A stretch of 64,000 nt of DNA. Origin: Gammaproteobacteria bacterium (GTDB taxonomy: Bacteria > Pseudomonadota > Gammaproteobacteria > Tenderiales > Tenderiaceae). The notes beneath the pieces were generated by a model that did no database searches, was not told the DNA's origin, and worked only from the letters and a program-made list of their open reading frames with translations. Made by a program: the position numbers and the translations under genes. The stretch is taken from assembly GCA_016200485.1 (NCBI GenBank), contig JACQEP010000010.1, positions 287,644-351,643 on the forward strand. The letters run 5' to 3'. Shown here piece by piece: positions 59,690 to 64,000 of the stretch (position 1 is the first letter of the stretch; the number at the start of each line of letters is the position of its first letter).

Positions 59690-62185
59690 TTACTTACAAA
59701 CACCTGCACTGCAAACACCACCCACCGCGACACCCCCGCTTGCGCCGACACTTTGGCCAGTACCACCGGTATAGCCAAATGTGGTTTGGCTGCTGGCGGT
59801 AACTTTGGCAGAACCTGCCAAGCTATAAAGATCGATCAAACCACCGCGACCACCGGCTGAACCCGCGACTGCGGGATTGGCATTACCACCCTTAGCGTTA
59901 ATGACAGCTGCTCCGTTATCCACCAACTTTGGACTCACGATAGTTACCAGCGCCGCCGCATCACCGCCACGGTTACGGCCGTTACCACCATTAGCACTGA
60001 TATTAACAGTATTATAGGCATCACCCAACTCAGTCAGTAGTGAGACATTACCGGCATTACCACCACGACCGCTATTTGCGCCATTGTCATCGGCGCCGTT
60101 GGCAACGATTGCATTATTGTTGCTTACCTGATTATAACCCCAGAGCAACACCGATCCTGCATTAGCGGCAACGGTATCAGTGATCGCAAGTCCGTTGCTA
60201 ACACCACCGCTGGTATCGATTGCACCCTTGTTCACGGTATATTCCATCGTCGGAATACTTGGACCAAGAATCGGATAGAACACGACGTCAAACATGCCGC
60301 AGTAATATTCAGTTTCCAGCGTTACATCACCACCAACACCGCCTTTGGCAGGAATATTGGCTGCATTAGCAAGCACGCTGCCACCCTTGGCAATGATTTT
60401 TGCATCATTGCGCACGTCACCGCCTGGCGTCAGGAACTGGGCTGCCGTGTTGCCGAACTGCGTCATCATGCCGACATCACCTGCATTACCGCCGTGATTA
60501 CCATCACCACCACTCACATTAATTTCGCGATACCCCAGCAAGGACAAATGCTGGTCAAGAGAGTGTAAGCGCGCATCAAGCGCAATCTTGACGAAGCCGC
60601 CATCACCGCCATTACCACGCCCTGCTGCTGCAGCATGACCGCCGGAGGCATTAATATTCCCGGAGAGCTCAATATGCCCCACAGTCTGCCAAGCACGGGT
60701 AATATGGCCATAATAGGCACTGATCGTAACGTCACCGCCGTAACCAGCGCTGGAACTCAAGCCGCCAGTAGACCCCCCGACCGCAATCAGATCACCACTG
60801 TTGGCCAATGCCACTTGCATCACCATATTGCCGTCGCGAACACCGCCACCGTAATCTTTCAGCGTAATATCGCCAGCATCACCACCTTGGCCGCCATCGG
60901 TATTACCGCCAGAGGTGATGATCTTACCGCTATTCTTAAGCGTGCCCACCTGAACCGTTTTAATGGTGACGTCGCCACCATCACCACCGGCCTGAGTACC
61001 TTTGCCGCCATTGGTGGTGATGTTGCCGGAATTCAATAGGTCACCGACCGTGGCCAGCAGTTTCACTGCACCGCCTACGCCACCCGTGCCGCTATTGCTA
61101 TCACCGCCGGAGGCAATGATATCGCCGCGATTTTCGATACGGCTCTGCGCCTCTAATCGGACATTGCCGCCATTCTTGCCAGCAAGACTAGACGTCTTGA
61201 TGGTGCTAGCGCTCAGAATCGAGAAATCGGTAACAATATCGGCACTGCCTGCCTCGCTCTTACTGTTGTTTCCGGCAAGATCGATCACACTGCCAACATC
61301 ACCGAAATAATCAGCTGCGATAATCTGCAACCCACCACGCCGGTTACTTGCATCAAACGTAGTTACAGTGCCTTGATTTTGAAAATCGTTGATCAGAATT
61401 ATGTTGGCGTACACACCCGCATCGATACCGCCACGATTCAACCCCAACGTCAGGGTAGTGCCAGGCTTGACCTGGATGCCGGTCACCGGTGGTTCGTCTG
61501 CAATAGTGGCATTGCCATCAGAAATATAAACGTAGTTATTACCGAGCACCATATAGGCAACACCATTAGCTGGTGCCGAGTTGACCACCGGAATCGTACT
61601 ATTTTGACTGATGATTAGTGGATTTGATCCGAGATTAGCATTAGTGGTATTGGTCGCCGTAAACGTCGTCACGGCTTTAGTAAAATTACCATTTAGATCC
61701 GGCGCCACAACTTTCAGCCCACCCATACCACCGGGCTGGAAGATATCGACGCAACCGCCATTCCCTCCGTGACCACCATTGGCACCGCCACGTCCGCCAC
61801 TGGTCGCGATGTAATAACCGGTCTGATTCCAAGATTTTTCGTTGGCATCCAATACCCCACCCGCATCGGCACTAATGTAGGTATCGGAACTCAACCCGCC
61901 CGAACAAGTGGTTGCCGCTTCCGCTCTATCGCGCGACACATTACTGAAGCCGTTATTTTCAGGACCGGGGTTGGCATTCGGATCGATGCTATTCGCAGTG
62001 TTAGAACTGTTAGCATTAGAACCACTTGGCGACGTAACCGTGGTGTTGCTCGGCGTTGCTGCGTCTTCACCGCCGCCGCAGGCAGCCAGCAACACACTGC
62101 TCGTAATTATTACCGCCAATGGCAGTAACTGAAAACTGCGAACGGAACGCAAACCACCTTTATCACCCAATACGAACATACTCAT
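59690..62185 (-). CDS. 831-aa glycine-rich tandem-repeat lipoprotein (putative surface beta-roll/beta-helix protein)
   Basis: Lipobox LLAACGG. At least 10 units of ~30 aa of the form SG-x-I-x3-GG-x5-GG-x-GGDV-T-I/L (GGKGTQAGGDGGDVTIK, GGNTDGGQGGDAGDITLK, GGDGNHGGNAGDVGMM, and others). Confidence 0.6.
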   Translation of the reverse strand: MSMFVLGDKGGLRSVRSFQLLPLAVIITSSVLLAACGGGEDAATPSNTTVTSPSGSNANSSNTANSIDPNANPGPENNGFSNVSRDRAEAATTCSGGLSSDTYISADAGGVLDANEKSWNQTGYYIATSGGRGGANGGHGGNGGCVDIFQPGGMGGLKVVAPDLNGNFTKAVTTFTATNTTNANLGSNPLIISQNSTIPVVNSAPANGVAYMVLGNNYVYISDGNATIADEPPVTGIQVKPGTTLTLGLNRGGIDAGVYANIILINDFQNQGTVTTFDASNRRGGLQIIAADYFGDVGSVIDLAGNNSKSEAGSADIVTDFSILSASTIKTSSLAGKNGGNVRLEAQSRIENRGDIIASGGDSNSGTGGVGGAVKLLATVGDLLNSGNITTNGGKGTQAGGDGGDVTIKTVQVGTLKNSGKIITSGGNTDGGQGGDAGDITLKDYGGGVRDGNMVMQVALANSGDLIAVGGSTGGLSSSAGYGGDVTISAYYGHITRAWQTVGHIELSGNINASGGHAAAAGRGNGGDGGFVKIALDARLHSLDQHLSLLGYREINVSGGDGNHGGNAGDVGMMTQFGNTAAQFLTPGGDVRNDAKIIAKGGSVLANAANIPAKGGVGGDVTLETEYYCGMFDVVFYPILGPSIPTMEYTVNKGAIDTSGGVSNGLAITDTVAANAGSVLLWGYNQVSNNNAIVANGADDNGANSGRGGNAGNVSLLTELGDAYNTVNISANGGNGRNRGGDAAALVTIVSPKLVDNGAAVINAKGGNANPAVAGSAGGRGGLIDLYSLAGSAKVTASSQTTFGYTGGTGQSVGASGGVAVGGVCSAGVCK

Positions 62186-62250
62186 TTCTCCTTCATACCC
62201 GTATCAGATCCCCGTGAGGATCCGTTATTTTATAATGATTTTAGTATTTT

Positions 62251-64000
62251 TTATTTTTTGGTCGTTGTTGCAAATGGCCATACAGGCTTAGTGCCAAATA
62301 TGGTATTCCATGAATTTGGACCTGGCCCGCCATCACGATTAGCAGAACGGTTGGGTGCCGAAGTGTCGTTCACACGATCATAGGCTTGATAGTAAAAACG
62401 AGGTTGCGACTCTCCAGGACCATTAAAGACCTGGCCAAACCAGGTAACTTTAATATCGTCTCCCGCAACCCATCCTAGACTTCCACCACCATCTTTAGAA
62501 GATGTTGATGTGCCACCGGAAGTCAGCATGTCGCCCGCAATCTCACGCCGCACGAACATCCCTTGATCGGTACGTGACGAGAAACCAGTGCTCGACGCAC
62601 CACGTCTACCGAGGTTATAAGTTCCCACCTGCGTCTGATCAATATCCATCCAGAAACCGGTACGGTCGTTGTTTGCATCCAGATTCGCCTTATAGGCAAA
62701 ATCATTCTTGAACTCGAAGTACTCGCTCGCTATCTTGGTGGCGAAATGCTGCTCCAGATCGATATTCGGCTGGGTAGCACTATCACCCCAACCGGTACGC
62801 ACCACTGCGCGATCGGCAAAGCCAAACATACTATTGCCCACATCTCGCAACAGCATCTGGCTAATAATGCCATTCTTGGTTGCGTTACCCATTTGCACCA
62901 GTGACTCACTTGCAAAGGCAAGATTGGCCGGTGTGCCCGTGGCATTACTATCGGTAATGATCAATTGGATATAGTCTTTGCCATCGCTACCCCTCAGCAT
63001 GCGTTGTAACATCCCTTCGCTACTCTGAGAACTAATACAGACACCTGCTCCGGGAGGACAAGCCGCAGAGATCACACCATTGCTAACACTCCAATTACTA
63101 AATTGAACTGGCGTGTCTGTTACCGTAGAAGACGACAAAGTAACGGGGGCCGCCTGGAACTGAACATCGGCCAAGGTCGATGGAGCAGGAGTTGTTGTGC
63201 CCTTACTATCCTTGGACGACCCTGCCCCGGTTGTCCCCTTGGGCAATGCCGGCATGACGGGCGCGGCGCCGAACGTCGCGGTATTCCAGTCCAAAGGCGC
63301 GGAGCTGCCATAGGCCATATACCGTGATGGTGCCTGCCCACTACTCAAATTTTCATAAGCCTGAAAGCTCATCTCCAGATCTTCCCAACCCGGCGTCCCT
63401 TCATTGCTTTCCAGCTCTTCCCAGTGATTCATTACCTGACCGGCCCAGGTCACAGCCACCGTTTCACCGGCATTCCAGGTCACGCTGCGGCCGGAAGGCA
63501 GAGTACCAGTACCCGCACTCTTGGACATATCACCGCTGCGCAAGCGGCGGGTGAAGCCTTGAACCTCATAGGGAGTGGTCGTGGAAGAACATTTGTCGCA
63601 CTTGCCGACACTTTGATCCTTACCCCATTGCTGACTGAATAACTGGCCAATATCGTAGGCATAGCCGGAACGGACGCCCAGCTCGCTGATATTTTCCTCA
63701 AATTTATACGTCGACAGAAACTTGGTATCAAAAGCAGTGCCCGACTCACTAATAGATTGATTCGTCACGATGCTCGGTGAGGTTGTATCAGTGCTCCACT
63801 TGGTCTTGATCGTGGAATCCATCGACAATGCCGAATTGGTTTTATCCCATTTATTGACAGAATCATCTTTAATGACTTGATGATTAGCGATGCCCCCTAG
63901 CGGGCCAGACGTGTTGTCCGGATTACGGCGTACGAAATTCTCAGTGGAAAAATTCAGCGCGCCAGGAAGCCCGCTGGCTCCAGTCTCGATAATGATGGTC
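62251..64000 (-). CDS. large Ser/Thr-rich protein, 5' end beyond window (partial)
   Basis: The frame stays open upstream of the listed TTG/Met start through the window end (…TIIIETGASGLPGALNFSTENFVRRNPDNTSGPLGGIANHQVIKDDSVNKWDKTNSALSMDSTIK…). No domain is recognised. Confidence 0.5.
   Translation of the reverse strand, partial: TIIIETGASGLPGALNFSTENFVRRNPDNTSGPLGGIANHQVIKDDSVNKWDKTNSALSMDSTIKTKWSTDTTSPSIVTNQSISESGTAFDTKFLSTYKFEENISELGVRSGYAYDIGQLFSQQWGKDQSVGKCDKCSSTTTPYEVQGFTRRLRSGDMSKSAGTGTLPSGRSVTWNAGETVAVTWAGQVMNHWEELESNEGTPGWEDLEMSFQAYENLSSGQAPSRYMAYGSSAPLDWNTATFGAAPVMPALPKGTTGAGSSKDSKGTTTPAPSTLADVQFQAAPVTLSSSTVTDTPVQFSNWSVSNGVISAACPPGAGVCISSQSSEGMLQRMLRGSDGKDYIQLIITDSNATGTPANLAFASESLVQMGNATKNGIISQMLLRDVGNSMFGFADRAVVRTGWGDSATQPNIDLEQHFATKIASEYFEFKNDFAYKANLDANNDRTGFWMDIDQTQVGTYNLGRRGASSTGFSSRTDQGMFVRREIAGDMLTSGGTSTSSKDGGGSLGWVAGDDIKVTWFGQVFNGPGESQPRFYYQAYDRVNDTSAPNRSANRDGGPGPNSWNTIFGTKPVWPFATTTKK

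Overview
The window is a gammaproteobacterial chromosomal segment of about 55-58% GC; all calls rest on reading the six-frame translations and the DNA, with no database searches. The housekeeping backbone is mostly on the minus strand: mgtE; a regulatory PTS lacking any permease (ptsI-ptsH-EIIA(Man)-rapZ-short hprK) joined directly to rpoN-lptB-lptA-lptC-kdsC-kdsD; a copZ-like gene, ubiA and ubiC; recG-ridA-spoT-rpoZ-gmk; yicC/rph-rdgB...hemW-serB; trmB, thiG-thiS, tRNA-Gly(CCC), asmA-mutY-yggX, and tRNA-Phe(GAA). Accessory content interrupts this backbone in six places. (i) An AT-richer insert between gmk and yicC carries a 14-repeat RCC1 lipoprotein, an orphan higA and a decayed higB 3' end. 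(ii) A roughly 6-kb insert between rdgB and hemW carries a U32 peptidase, DUF2892, CHRD, ElyC and a BNR/Asp-box sialidase-like protein; a ~140-bp TIR repeat lies at its left edge, with a second direct copy 3 kb upstream across yicC-rph-rdgB. (iii) A bufferin/gig-type operon (DUF2282 precursor, DUF692, DUF2063, DoxX) sits next to an ECF sigma/anti-sigma pair; the operon and a neighbouring beta-propeller lactonase gene share a near-identical ECF-type promoter motif. (iv) Two tandem FGE-family paralogs lie together, one fused to a dihaem cytochrome c module. (v) Directly downstream of tRNA-Phe there is a tightly packed minus-strand cluster of at least 12 kb that appears undescribed. It encodes two Pmp-like beta-helix proteins with GlyGly-CTERM-type sorting tails, a pentahaem cytochrome c, a LolA-like carrier, an STN-like coiled-coil protein, an 831-aa Gly-rich repeat lipoprotein and a large Ser/Thr-rich protein that runs off the window end. 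(vi) Several MITE/REP-like repeat families are present; some of them supply the C-terminal codons of neighbouring genes. No rRNA, CRISPR array, transposase or integrase was found.
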